Source of the DNA: the human T2T-CHM13v2.0 reference genome, Homo sapiens
DNA: 64,000 bases
Assembly (NCBI RefSeq): GCF_009914755.1
Contig: NC_060927.1
Reading direction: 5' to 3' (one strand)
Below, one piece after another: positions 10,301 through 24,200 of this stretch. Numbering within the stretch: the stretch's first letter is position 1; the number at the start of each line of letters is the position of its first letter. Made by a program: the position numbers and the translations under genes. The notes under the pieces are model-generated. The model was not told where the DNA came from, did not search any database, and worked only from the letters and a program-made list of their open reading frames with translations.

Positions 10301-13300
10301 TGATGGAGCCGTTTTGAAGCACTCTTTTTGTGGAATCTGCAAGTGGATATTTGGACCTCTTTGTGGCCTTCGTGTGAAACGTGATTTCTTCATTTACAAC
10401 TAGACAGAAAAATTCTCAGAAACTTCTTTGTGATGTGTACTTTCAACTTACAGAGTTGAAGCTTCCTTTCAATAGAGCACTTTTGAAACTCAGTTTCTGT
10501 AGAATTTCCAGGTGGATATTTAGCGCCGTTTGAGGCCTATGGTGGAAAAGGCAATATCTTCGTAGAAAAACTAGACAGAATGATTCTCAGAAACAACTTT
10601 GTGATGTGTGCGTTCAACTCACGGAGTTTAACCTTTCTTTTGATAGACCAGTTATGAAACACTCTTTTTGTAGAATCTGCAAGTAAATATTTGGACTTTT
10701 TTGAGGCCTTCAATGGAAACGGGATCTCTTCATATAAACCTTGACAGAAGAATTCCCAGAAACTTCTCTGTGATGTGTGCATTTAACTCTCAGAGTTCAA
10801 CCTTCATTTTGATAGAAGAGTGTTGAAGTATTCTTTCTGTAGAATTTCCAAGTGAATATTTAGAGCGGTTTCAGGCCTAAGTAGAAGAGAAAATATCGTC
10901 ACAGAAAAACTAGACATAATTGTTCTCTGAAGCTACTTTGTGATGTGCGCATTCAGCTTACAGAGTTTAACCTTTCTTTGGATCGAGCGGTTTTAAACAC
11001 TCTTTTTGTGGAATTTGCAATTCTATATTTAGAGTGCTTTCAGGCCTGTGGTACAAAAGGGAATGTCCTCACTTAAAATCTAGACAGAAGCATTGTCGGG
11101 AACTACTTTGTGATACCTGCCTTCAACTCTCAGAGTTGAATGTTCCTCTTGATGGAGCAGTTTTGAAAAACTCTTTTTGTTGAATCTCCAAGTGGATATT
11201 TGGACCTCTTTGTGGCCTTCGTTTGAGACGTGACTTCTTCATACAAATTAGACAGAAGAATTCTCATCAACTTCTTCGTGATGTGTGCTTTCAACTCGCA
11301 GCGTTGAAGCTTCCTTTCAATAGAGCAGTTCTGTAACTCTCTTTTTGTAGAATTTCCAAGTGGATATTTAGCGCCGTTTGAGGCCAATGGTGGAAAAGGC
11401 AATATCTTCATAGAAAAACTAGACAGAATGATTCTCAGAAACTACTTTGTGATGTGTGACTTCAACTCACAGAGTTTAACCTTTCTTTTGATAGAGCAGT
11501 TTTGAAAAACTCTTTTTGTAGAATCTGCAAGTGTATATTGGGACTTTTCTGAGGCCATCTTTGGAAACGGGATTTCTTCAGATAAAACTTGAAAGAAGAA
11601 TCCTCAGAAAATTATTTGTGATATGTGCATTTAACTCATGGAGTTGAAACTTCCTTTCGATAGAAGAGTTTTGAAATACTCTTTTTGTAGTATTCCCAAG
11701 TGGATTTTTACAGCGGTTTGAGGTCTATGGCAGAAAAAGAAATATCTTCACAGAAAAACTAGGCAGATTCATTCTCCGAAGCTGTTTTGTGATGCTTGCA
11801 TTCAGCTGACAGAGTTTAAACTTCCTTTGATAGAGCAGTTTTGAAACACTCTTTTTGTGGAATTTGCAAGTGTATATTTAGAGCGTTTTGAGGCCTACAG
11901 TAGGAAAGGAAATATCTTCACCTAAAAACTAGACAGAAGTATTGTCAGAAACTTATTTGTGATATTTGCATTCAACGCACGGAGTTGAACATTCCTCTTG
12001 ATGGAGCCGTTTTGAAGCACTCTTTTTGTGGAATCTGCAAGTGGATATTTGGACCTCTTTGTGGCCTTCGTGTGAAACTTGCTTTCTTCATTTACAACTA
12101 GACAGAAGAATTCTCAGAAACTTCTTTGTGATGTGTACTTTCAACTCACAGAGTTGAAGCTTCCTTTCAATAGAGCACTTTTGAAACTCAGTTTCTGTAG
12201 AATTTCCAGGTGGATATTTAGCGCCGTTTGAGGCCTATGGTGGAAAAGGCAATATCTTCGTAGAAAAACTAGACAGAATGATTCTCAGAAACAACTTTGT
12301 GATGTGTGCGTTCAACTCACGGAGTTTAACCTTTCTTTTGATAGACCAGTTATGAAACACTCTTTTTGTAGAATCTGCAAGTAAATATTTGGACTTTTTT
12401 GAGGCCTTCATTGGAAACGGGATCTCTTCATACAAACCTTGACAGAAGAATTCCCAGAAACTTCTCTGTGATGTGTGCATTTAACTCTCAGAGTTCAACC
12501 TTCCTTTTGATAGAAGAGGGTTGAAATTTTCTTTTTGTAGAATTTCCAAGTGAATATTTAGAGCGGTTTCAGGCCTAAGTAGAAGAGAAAATATCTTCAC
12601 AGAAAAACTAGACATAACTGTTCTCTGAAGCTACTTTGTGATGTGCGCATTCAGCTTACAGAGTTTAACCTTTCTTTGGATCGAGCGGTTTTAAACACTC
12701 TTTTTGTGGAATTTGCAATTCTATATTTAGAGTGCTTTCAGGCCTGTGGTACAAAAGGGAATGTCCTCACATAAAATCTAGACAGAAGCATTGTCGGAAA
12801 CTACTTTGTGATACCTGCCTTCAACTCTCAGAGTTGAATGTTCCTCTTGATGGAGCAGTTTTGAAAAACTCTTTTTGTTGAATCTCCAAGTGGATATTTG
12901 GACCTCTTTGTGGCCTTCATTTGAGACGTGACTTCTTCATACAAAAGTAGACAGAAGAATTCTCATCAACTTCTTCGTGATGTGTGCTTTCAACTCGCAG
13001 CGTTGAAGCTTCCTTTCGATAGAGCAGTTCTGTAACTCTCTTTTTGTAGAATTTCCAAGTGGATATTTACCGCCGTTTGAGGCCAATGGTGGAAAAGGCA
13101 ATATCTTCATAGAAAAACTAGACAGAATGATTCTCAGAAACTACTTTGTGATGTGTGCCTTCAACTCACAGAGTTTAACCTTTCTTTTGATAGAGCAGTT
13201 TTGAAAAACTCTTTTTGTAGAATCTGCAAGTGTATATTGGGACTTTTCTGAGGCCATCTTTGGAAACGGGATTTCTTCATATAAAACTTGAAAGAAGAAT

Positions 13301-16300
13301 CCTCAGAAAATTATTTGTGATATGTGCATTTAACTCATGGAGTTGAAACTTCCTTTCGATAGAAGAGTTTTGAAATACTCTTTTTGTAGAATTTCCAAGT
13401 GGATTTTTACAGCGGTTTGAGGTCTATGGCAGAAAAAGAAATATCTTCACAGAAAAACAAGGCAGATTCATTCTCCGAAGCTGCTTTGTGATGCTTGCAT
13501 TCAGCTGACAGAGTTTAAACTTCCTTTGATAGAGCAGTTTTGAAACACTCTTTTTGTGGAATTTGCAAGTGTATATTTAGAGCGTTTTGAGGCCTACAGT
13601 AGGAAAGGAAATACCTTCACCTAAAAACTAGACAGAAGTATTGTCAGAAACTTATTTGTGATATTTGCATTCAACGCACGGAGTTGAACATTCCTCTTGA
13701 TGGAGCCGTTTTGAAGCACTCTTTTTGTGGAATCTGCAAGTGGATATTTGGACCTCTTTGTGGCCTTCGTGGGAAACGTGATTTCTTCATTTACAACTAG
13801 ACAGAAGAATTCTCAGAAACTACTTTGTGATGTGTACTTTCAACTCACAGAGTTGAAGCTTCCTTTCAATAGAGCACCTTTGAAACTCAGTTTCTGTAGA
13901 ATTTCCAGGTGGATATTTAGCGCCGTTTGAGGCCTATGGTGGAAAAGGCAATATCTTCGTAGAAAAACTAGACAGAATGATTCTCAGAAACAACTTTGTG
14001 ATGTGTGCGTTCAACACTCGGAGTTTAACCTTTCTTTTGATAGACTAGTTATGAAACACTCTTTTTGTAGAATCTGCAAGTAAATATTTGGACTTTTTTG
14101 AGGCCTTCATTGGAAACGGGATCTCTTCATATAAACCTTGACAGAAGAATTCCCAGAAACTTCTCTGTGATGTGTGCATTTAACTCTCAGAGTTCAACCT
14201 TCCTTTTGATAGAAGAGGGTTGAAATATTCTTTTTGTAGAATTTCCAAGTGAATATTTAGAGCGGTTTCAGGCCTATGTAGAAGAGAAAATATCTTCACA
14301 GAAAAACTAGACATAATTGTTCTCTGAAGCTACTTTGTGATGTGCGCATTCAGCTTACAGAGTTTAACCTTTCTTTGGATAGAGCGGTTTTAAACACTCT
14401 TTTTGTGGAATTTGCAATTCTATATTTAGAGTGCTTTCAGGCCTGTGGTACAAAAGGGAATGTCCTCACATAAAATCTAGACAGAAGCATTGTCGGAAAC
14501 TACATTGTGATACCTGCCTTCAACTCTCAGAGTTGAATATTCCTCTTGATGAAGCAGTTTTGAAAAACTCTTTTTGTTGAATCTCCAAGTGGATATTTGG
14601 ACCTCTTTGTGGCCTTCGTTTGAGACGTGACTTCTTCATACAAAAGTAGACAGAAGAATTCTCATCAACTTCTTCGTGATGTGTGCTTTCAACTCGCAGC
14701 GTTGAAGCTTCCTTTCGATAGAGCAGTTCAGTAACTCTCTTTTTGTAGAATTTCCAAGTGGATATTTAGCGCCGTTTGAGGCCAATGGTGGAAAAGGCAA
14801 TATCTTCATAGAAAAACTAGACAGAATGATTCTCAGAAACTACTTTGTGATGTGTGCCTTCAACTCACAGAGTTTAACCTTTCTTTTGATAGAGCAGTTT
14901 TGAAAAACTCTTTTTGTAGAATCTGCAAGTGTATATTGGGACTTTTCTGAGGCCATCTTTGGAAACGGGATTTCTTCAGATAAAACTTGAAAGAAGAATC
15001 CTCAGAAAATTATTTGTGATATGTGCATTTAACTCATGGAGTTGAAACTTCCTTTCGATAGAAGAGTTTTGAAATACTCTTTTTGTAGAATGTCCAAGTG
15101 GATTTTTACAGCGGTTTGAGGTCTATGGCAGCAAAAGAAATATCTTCACAGAAAAACTAGGCAGATTCATTCTCCGAAGCTGTTTTCTGATGCTTGCATT
15201 CAGCTGACAGAGTTTAAACTTCCTTTGATAGAGCAGTTTGGAAACACTCTTTTTGTGGAATTTGCAAGTGTATATTTAGAGCGCTTTGAGGCCTACAGTA
15301 GGAAAGGAAATATCTTCACCTAAAAACTAGACAGAAGTATTGTCAGAAACTTATTTGTGATATTTGCATTCAACGCACGGAGTTGAACATTCCTCTTGAT
15401 GGAGCCGTTTTGAAGCACTCTTTTTGTGGAATCTGCAAGTGGATATTTGGACCTCTTTGTGGCCTTCGTGTGAAACGTGATTTCTTCATTTACAACTAGA
15501 CAGAAGAATTCTCAGAAACTTCTTTGTCATGTGTACTTTCAACTCACAGAGTTGAAGCTTCCTTTCAATAGAGCACTTTTGAAACTCAGTTTCTGTAGAA
15601 TTTCCAGGTGGATATTTAGCGCCGTTTGAGGCCTATGGTGGAAAAGGCAATATCTTCGTAGAAAAACTAGACAGAATGATTCTCAGAAACAACTTTGTGA
15701 TGTGTGCGTTCAACTCACGGAGTTTAACCTTTCTTTTGATAGACCAGTTATGAAACACTCTTTTTGTAGAATCTGCAAGTAAATATTTGGACTTTTTTGA
15801 GGCCTTCATTGGAAACGGGATCTCTTCATATAAACCTTGACAGAAGAATTCCCAGAAACTTCTCTGTGATGTGTGCATTTAACTCTCAGAGTTCAACCTT
15901 CCTTTTGATAGAAGAGGGTTGAAATATTCTTTTTGTAGAATTTCCAAGTGAATATTTAGAGCGGTTTCAGGCCTAAGTAGAAGAGAAAATATCTTCACAG
16001 AAAAACTAGACATAATTGTTCTCTGAAGCTACTTTGTGATGTGCGCATTCAGCTTACAGAGTTTAACCTTTCTTTGGATCGAGCGGTTTTAAACACTCTT
16101 TTTGTGGAATTTGCAATTCTATATTTAGAGTGCTTTCAGGCCTGTGGTACAAAAGGGAATGTCCTCACATAAAATCTAGACAGAAGCATTGTCGGAAACT
16201 ACTTTGTGATACCTGCCTTCAACTCTCAGAGTTGAATGTTCCTCTTGATGGAGCAGTTTTGAAAAACTCTTTTTGTTGAATCTCCAAGTGGATATTTGGA

Positions 16301-18687
16301 CCTCTTTGTGGCCTTCATTTGAGACGTGACTTCTTCATACAAAAGTAGACAGAAGAATTCTCATCAACTTCTTCGTGATGTGTGCTTTCAACTCGCAGCG
16401 TTGAAGCTTCCTTTCGATAGAGCAGTTCTGTAACTCTCTTTTTGTAGAATTTCCAAGTGGATATTTAGCGCCGTTTGAGGCCAATGGTGGAAAAGGCAAT
16501 ATCTTCATAGAAAAACTAGACAGAATGATTCTCAGAAACTACTTTGTGATGTGTGCCTTCAACTCACAGAGTTTAACCTTTCTTTTGATAGAGCAGTTTT
16601 GAAAAACTCTTTTTGTAGAATCTGCAAGTGTATATTGGGACTTTTCTGAGGCCATCTTTGGAAACGGGATTTCTTCAGATAAAACTTGAAAGAAGAATCC
16701 TCAGAAAATTATTTGTGATATGTGCATTTAACTCATGGAGTTGAAACTTCCTTTCGATAGAAGAGTTTTGAAATACTCTTTTTGTAGAATTTCCAAGTGG
16801 ATTTTTACAGCGGTTTGAGGTCTATGGCAGAAAAAGAAATATCTTCACAGAAAAACAAGGCAGATTCATTCTCCGAAGCTGCTTTGTGATGCTTGCATTC
16901 AGCTGACAGAGTTTAAACTTCCTTTGATAGAGCAGTTTTGAAACACTCTTTTTGTGGAATTTGCAAGTGTATATTTAGAGCGTTTTGAGGCCTACAGTAG
17001 GAAAGGAAATACCTTCACCTAAAAACTAGACAGAAGTATTGTCAGAAACTTATTTGTGATATTTGCATTCAACGCACGGAGTTGAACATTCCTCTTGATG
17101 GAGCCGTTTTGAAGCACTCTTTTTGTGGAATCTGCAAGTGGATATTTGGACCTCTTTGTGGCCTTCGTGTGAAACTTGCTTTCTTCATTTACAACTAGAC
17201 AGAAGAATTCTCAGAAACTTCTTTGTGATGTGTACTTTCAACTCACAGAGTTGAAGCTTCCTTTCAATAGAGCACTTTTGAAACTCAGTTTCTGTAGAAT
17301 TTCCAGGTGGATATTTAGCGCCGTTTGAGGCCTATGGTGGAAAAGGCAATATCTTCGTAGAAAAACTAGACAGAATGATTCTCAGAAACAACTTTGTGAT
17401 GTGTGCGTTCAACTCACGGAGTTTAACCTTTCTTTTGATAGACCAGTTATGAAACACTCTTTTTGTAGAATCTGCAAGTAAATATTTGGACTTTTTTGAG
17501 GCCTTCATTGGAAACGGGATCTCTTCATACAAACCTTGACAGAAGAATTCCCAGAAACTTCTCTGTGATGTGTGCATTTAACTCTCAGAGTTCAACCTTC
17601 CTTTTGATAGAAGAGGGTTGAAATTTTCTTTTTGTAGAATTTCCAAGTGAATATTTAGAGCGGTTTCAGGCCTAAGTAGAAGAGAAAATATCTTCACAGA
17701 AAAACTAGACATAACTGTTCTCTGAAGCTACTTTGTGATGTGCGCATTCAGCTTACAGAGTTTAACCTTTCTTTGGATCGAGCGGTTTTAAACACTCTTT
17801 TTGTGGAATTTGCAATTCTATATTTAGAGTGCTTTCAGGCCTGTGGTACAAAAGGGAATGTCCTCACATAAAATCTAGACAGAAGCATTGTCGGAAACTA
17901 CTTTGTGATACCTGCCTTCAACTCTCAGAGTTGAATGTTCCTCTTGATGGAGCAGTTTTGAAAAACTCTTTTTGTTGAATCTCCAAGTGGATATTTGGAC
18001 CTCTTTGGGGCCTTCGTTTGAGACGTGACTTCTTCATACAAAAGTAGACAGAAGAATTCTCATCAACTTCTTCGTGATGTGTGCTTTCAACTCGCAGCGT
18101 TGAAGCTTCCTTTCGATAGAGCAGTTCTGTAACTCTCTTTTTGTAGAATTTCCAAGTGGATATTTAGCGCCGTTTGAGGCCAATGGTGGAAAAGGCAATA
18201 TCTTCATAGAAAAACTAGACAGAATGATTCTCAGAAACTACTTTGTGATGTGTGCCTTCAACTCACAGAGTTTAACCTTTCTTTTGATAGAGCAGTTTTG
18301 AAAAACTCTTTTTGTAGAATCTGCAAGTGTATATTGGGACTTTTCTGAGGCCATCTTTGGAAACGGGATTTCTTCAGATAAAACTTGAAAGAAGAATCCT
18401 CAGAAAATTATTTGTGATATGTGCATTTAACTCATGGAGTTGAAACTTCCTTTCGATAGAAGAGTTTTGAAATACTCTTTTTGTAGAATTCCAAAGTGGA
18501 TTTTTACAGCGGTTTGAGGTCTATGGCAGCAAAAGAAATATCTTCACAGAAAAACTAGGCAGATTCATTCTCCGAAGCTGTTTTGTGATGCTTGCATTCA
18601 GCTGACAGAGTTTAAACTTCCTTTGATAGAGCAGTTTGGAAACACTCTTTTTGTGGAATTTGCAAGTGTATATTTAGAGCGCTTTGA

Positions 18688-21235
18688 GGCCTACAGTAGG
18701 AAAGGAAATATCTTCACCTAAAAACTAGACAGAAGTATTGTCAGAAACTTATTTGTGATATTTGCATTCAACGCACGGAGTTGAACATTCCTCTTGATGG
18801 AGCCGTTTTGAAGCAGTCTTTTTGTGGAATCTGCAAGTGGATATTTGGACCTCTTTGTGGCCTTCATGTGAAACGTGATTTCTTCATTTACAACTAGACA
18901 GAAGAATTCTCAGAAACTTCTCTGTGATGTGTACTTTCAACTCACAGAGTTGAAGCTTCCTTTCAATAGAGCACTTTTGAAACTCAGTTTCTGTAGAATT
19001 TCCAGGTGGATATTTAGCGCCGTTTGAGGCCTATGGTGGAAAAGGCAATATCTTCGTAGAAAAACTAGACAGAATGATTCTCAGAAACAACTTTGTGATG
19101 TGTGCGTTCAACTCACGGAGTTTAACCTTTCTTTTGATAGACCAGTTATGAAACACTCTTTTTGTAGAATCTGCAAGTAAATATTTGGACTTTTTTGAGG
19201 CCTTCATTGGAAACGGGATCTCTTCATATAAAGCTTGACAGAAGAATTCCCAGAAACTTCTCTGTGATGTGTGCATTTAACTCTCAGAGTTCAACCTTCC
19301 TTTTGATAGAAGAGGGTTGAAATTTTCTTTTTGTAGAATTTCCAAGTGAATATTTAGAGCGGTTTCAGGCCTAAGTAGAAGAGAAAATATCTTCACAGAA
19401 AAACTAGACATAATTGTTCTCTGAAGCTACTTTGTGATGTGCGCATTCAGCTTACAGAGTTTAACCTTTCTTTGGATCGAGCGGTTTTAAACACTCTTTT
19501 TGTGGAATTTGCAATTCTATATTTAGAGTGCTTTCAGGCCTGTGGTACAAAAGGGAATGTCCTCACATAAAATCTAGACAGAAGCATTGTCGGAAACTAC
19601 TTTGTGATACCTGCCTTCAACTCTCAGAGTTGAATGTTCCTCTTGATGGAGCAGTTTTGAAAAACTCTTTTTGTTGAATCTCCAAGTGGATATTTGGACC
19701 TCTTTGTGGCCTTCGTTTGAGACGTGACTTCTTCATACAAAAGTAGACAGAAGAATTCTCATCAACTTCTTCGTGATGTGTGCTTTCAACTCGCAGCGTT
19801 GAAGCTTCCTTTCGATAGAGCAGTTCTGTAACTCTCTTTTTGTAGAATTTCCAAGTGGATATTTAGCGCCGTTTGAGGCCAATGGTGGAAAAGGCAATAT
19901 CTTCGTAGAAAAACTAGACAGAATGATTCTCAGAAACAACTTTGTGATGTGTGCGTTCAACTCACGGAGTTTAACCTTTCTTTTGATAGACCAGTTATGA
20001 AACACTCTTTTTGTAGAATCTGCAAGTAAATATTTGGACTTTTTTGAGGCCTTCATTGGAAACGGGATTTCTTCATATAAACCTTGACAGAAGAATTCCC
20101 AGAAACTTCTCTGTGGTGTGTGCATTTAACTCTCAGAGTTCAACCTTCCTTTTGATAGAAGAGTGTTATAGTATTCTTTCTGTAGAATTTCCAAGTGAAT
20201 ATTTAGAGCGGTTTCAGGCCTATGTAGAAGAGAAACTATCTTCACAGAAAAACTAGACATAATTGTTCTCTGATGCTAATTTGTGATGTGTGCATTCAGC
20301 TTACAGAGTTTAACCTTTCTTTGGATAGAGCGGTTTTAAACACTCTTTTTGTGGAATTTGCAGTTCTATATTTAGAGTGCTTTCAGGCCTGTGGTACAAA
20401 AGGGAATGTCCTCACATAAAATCTAGACAGAAGCATTGTCGGAAACTACTTTGTGATACCTGCCTTCAACTCTCAGAGTTGAATATTCCTCTTGATGGAG
20501 CAGTTTTGAAAAACTCTTTTTGTTGAATCTCCAAGTGGATATTTGGACCTCTTTGTGGCCTTCGTTTGAGACGTGACTGCTTCATACAAAAGTAGACAGA
20601 AGAATTCTCATCACCTTCCTCGCGATGTGTGCTTTCAACTCGCGGAGCTGAAGCTTCCTTTCGATAGAGCAGTTTTGTAACTCTCTTTTTGTAGAATTTC
20701 CAAGTGGATATTTAGCGCCGTTTGAGGCCTATGGTGGAAAAGGCAATATCTTCATAGAAAAACTAGACAGAATGATTCTCAGAAACTACTTTGTGATGTG
20801 TGCCTTCAACTCACAGAGTTTAACCTTTCTTTTGATAGAGCAGTTTTGAAAAACTCTTTTTGTAGAATCTGCAAGTGTATCTTGGGACTTTTCTGAGGCC
20901 ATCTTTGGAAACGGGATTTCTTCATATAAAATTCGAAAGAAGAATCCTCAGAAAATTATTTGTGATATGTGCATTTAACTCATGGAGTTGAAACTTCCTT
21001 TCGATAGAAGAGTTTTGAAATACTCTTTTTGTAGAATTTCCAAGTGGATTTTTACAGCGGTTTGAGGTCTATGGCAGCAAAAGAAATATCTTCACAGAAA
21101 AACTAGGCAGATTCATTCTCCGAAGCTGTTTTGTGATGCTCGCATTCAGCTGACAGAGTTTAAACTTCCTTTGAGAGAGCAGTTTGGAAACACTCTTTTT
21201 GTGGAATTTGCAAGTGTATATTTAGAGCGTTTTGA
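18688..21235 (+). repeat. 15-monomer structural-variant HOR (2548 bp) with hybrid M7/M2 monomer
   Basis: Consecutive ggcctacagtagg anchors at 18688 and 21236 are 1699+849 bp apart. Monomer order is M1-M6, M7/M2 hybrid, M3-M10. Confidence 0.95.
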
Positions 21236-24200
21236 GGCCTACAGTAGGAAAGGAAATATCTTCACCTAAAAACTAGACAGAAGTATTGTCAGAAACTTAT
21301 TTGTGATATTTGCATTCAACGCACGGAGTTGAACATTCCTCTTGATGGAGCCGTTTTGAAGCACTCTTTTTGTGGAATCTGCAAGTGGATATTTGGACCT
21401 CTTTGTGGCCTTCGTGTGAAACGTGATTTCTTCATTTACAACTAGACAGAAGAATTCTCAGAAACTTCTTTGTGATGTGTACTTTCAACTCACAGAGTTG
21501 AAGCTTCCTTTCAATAGAGCACTTTTGAAACTCAGTTTCTGTAGAATTTCCAGGTGGATATTTAGCGCCGTTTGAGGCCTATGGTGGAAAAGGCAATATC
21601 TTCGTAGAAAAACTAGACAGAATGATTCTCAGAAACAACTTTGTGATGTGTGCGTTCAACTCACGGAGTTTAACCTTTCTTTTGATAGACCAGTTATGAA
21701 ACACTCTTTTTGTAGAATCTGCAAGTAAATATTTGGACTTTTTTGAGGCCTTCATTGGAAACGGGATTTCTTCATATAAACCTTGACAGAAGAATTCCCA
21801 GAAACTTCTCTGTGGTGTGTGCATTTACCTCTCAGAGTTCAACCTTCCTTTTGATAGAAGAGTGTTGAAGTATTCTTTCTGTAGAATTTCCAAGTGAATA
21901 TTTAGAGCGGTTTCAGGCCTATGTAGAAGAGAAACTATCTTCACAGAAAAACTAGACATAATTGTTCTCTGATGCTACTTTGTGATGTGTGCATTCAGCT
22001 TACAGAGTTTAACCTTTCTTTGGATAGAGCGGTTTTAAACACTCTTTTTGTGGAATTTGCAGTTCTATATTTAGAGTGCTTTCAGGCCTGTGGTACAAAA
22101 GGGAATGTCCTCACATAAAATCTAGACAGAAGCATTGTCGGAAACTACTTTGTGATACCTGCCTTCAACTCTCAGAGTTGAATATTCCTCTTGATGGAGC
22201 AGTTTTGAAAGACTCTTTTTGTTGAATCTCCAAGTGGATATTTGGACCTCTTTGTGGCCTTCGTTTGAGACGTGACTGCTTCATACAAAAGTAGACAGAA
22301 GAATTCTCATCACCTTCTTCGCGATGTGTGCTTTCAACTCGCGGAGCTGAAGCTTCCTTTCGATAGAGCAGTTTTGTAACTCTCTTTTTGTAGAATTTCC
22401 AAGTGGATATTTAGCGCCGTTTGAGGCCTATGGTGGAAAAGGCAATATCTTCATAGAAAAACTAGACAGAATGATTCTCAGAAACTACTTTGTGATGTGT
22501 GCCTTCAACTCACAGAGTTTAACCTTTCTTTTGATAGAGCAGTTTTGAAAAACTCTTTTTGTAGAATCTGCAAGTGTATCTTGGGACTTTTCTGAGGCCA
22601 TCTTTGGAAACGGGATTTCTTCATATAAAATTCGAAAGAAGAATCCTCAGAAAATTATTTGTGATATGTGCATTTAACTCATGGAGTTGAAACTTCCTTT
22701 CGATAGAAGAGTTTTGAAATACTCTTTTTGTAGAATTTCCAAGTGGATTTTTACAGCGGTTTGAGGTCTATGGCAGCAAAAGAAATATCTTCACAGAAAA
22801 ACTAGGCAGATTCATTCTCCGAAGCTGTTTTGTGATGCTCGCATTCAGCTGACAGAGTTTAAACTTCCTTTGAGAGAGCAGTTTGGAAACACTCTTTTTG
22901 TGGAATTTGCAAGTGTATATTTAGAGCGTTTTGAGGCCTACAGTAGGAAAGGAAATATCTTCACCTAAAAACTAGACAGAAGTATTGTCAGAAACTTATT
23001 TGTGATATTTGCATTCAACGCACGGAGTTGAACATTCCTCTTGATGGAGCCGTTTTGAAGCACTCTTTTTGTGGAATCTGCAAGTGGATATTTGGACCTC
23101 TTTGTGGCCTTCGTGGGAAACGTGATTTCTTCATTTACAACTAGACAGAAGAATTCTCAGAAACTTCTTTGTGATGTGTACTTTCAACTCACAGAGTTGA
23201 AGCTTCCTTTCAATAGAGCACTTTTGAAACTCAGTTTCTGTAGAATTTCCAGGTGGATATTTAGCGCCGTTTGAGGCCTATGGTGGAAAAGGCAATATCT
23301 TCGTAGAAAAACTAGACAGAATGATTCTCAGAAACAACTTTGTGATGTGTGCGTTCAACTCACGGAGTTTAACCTTTCTTTTGATAGACCAGTTATGAAA
23401 CACTCTTTTTGTAGAATCTGCAAGTAAATATTTGGACTTTTTTGAGGCCTTCATTGGAAACGGGATTTCTTCATATAAACCTTGACAGAAGAATTCCCAG
23501 AAACTTCTCTGTGGTGTGTGCATTTACCTCTCAGAGTTCAACCTTCCTTTTGATAGAAGAGTGTTGAAGTATTCTTTCTGTAGAATTTCCAAGTGAATAT
23601 TTAGAGCGGTTTCAGGCCTATGTAGAAGAGAAACTATCTTCACAGAAAAACTAGACATAATTGTTCTCTGAAGCTACTTTGTGATGTGCGCATTCAGCTT
23701 ACAGAGTTTAACCTTTCTTTGGATAGAGCGGTTTTAAACACTCTTTTTGTGGAATTTGCAGTTCTATATTTAGAGTGCTTTCAGGCCTGTGGTACAAAAG
23801 GGAATGTCCTCACATAAAATCTAGACAGAAGCATTGTCGGAAACTACTTTGTGATACCTGCCTTCAACTCTCAGAGTTGAATATTCCTCTTGATGGAGCA
23901 GTTTTGAAAAACTCTTTTTGTTGAATCTCCAAGTGGATATTTGGACCTCTTTGTGGCCTTCGTTTGAGACGTGACTGCTTCATACAAAAGTAGACAGAAG
24001 AATTCTCATCACCTTCCTCGCGATGTGTGCTTTCAACTCGCGGAGCTGAAGCTTCCTTTCGATAGAGCAGTTTTGTAACTCTCTTTTTGTAGAATTTCCG
24101 AGTGGATATTTAGCGCCGTTTGAGGCCTATGATGGAAAAGGCAATATCTTCATAGACAAACTAGACAGAATGATTCTCAGAAACTACTTTGTGATGTGTG

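Noticed and set aside
11130-11411. 93-aa ORF
   Set aside because: It is created by the private 1-bp deletion at ~11247 joining frames of two monomers.
19733-20125. Longest ORF (130 aa)
   Set aside because: It is a by-product of the M7/M2 hybrid junction removing a stop codon. Its internal repetition mirrors the 170-bp monomer.
20600-24110. Apparent CpG gain in haplotype B (tcgcg, cgcgg, ttcga, ctcgc)
   Set aside because: It is largely offset by losses elsewhere (gatcga to gataga, tgcgc to tgtgc). The net difference is about one CpG per HOR, too small to interpret.
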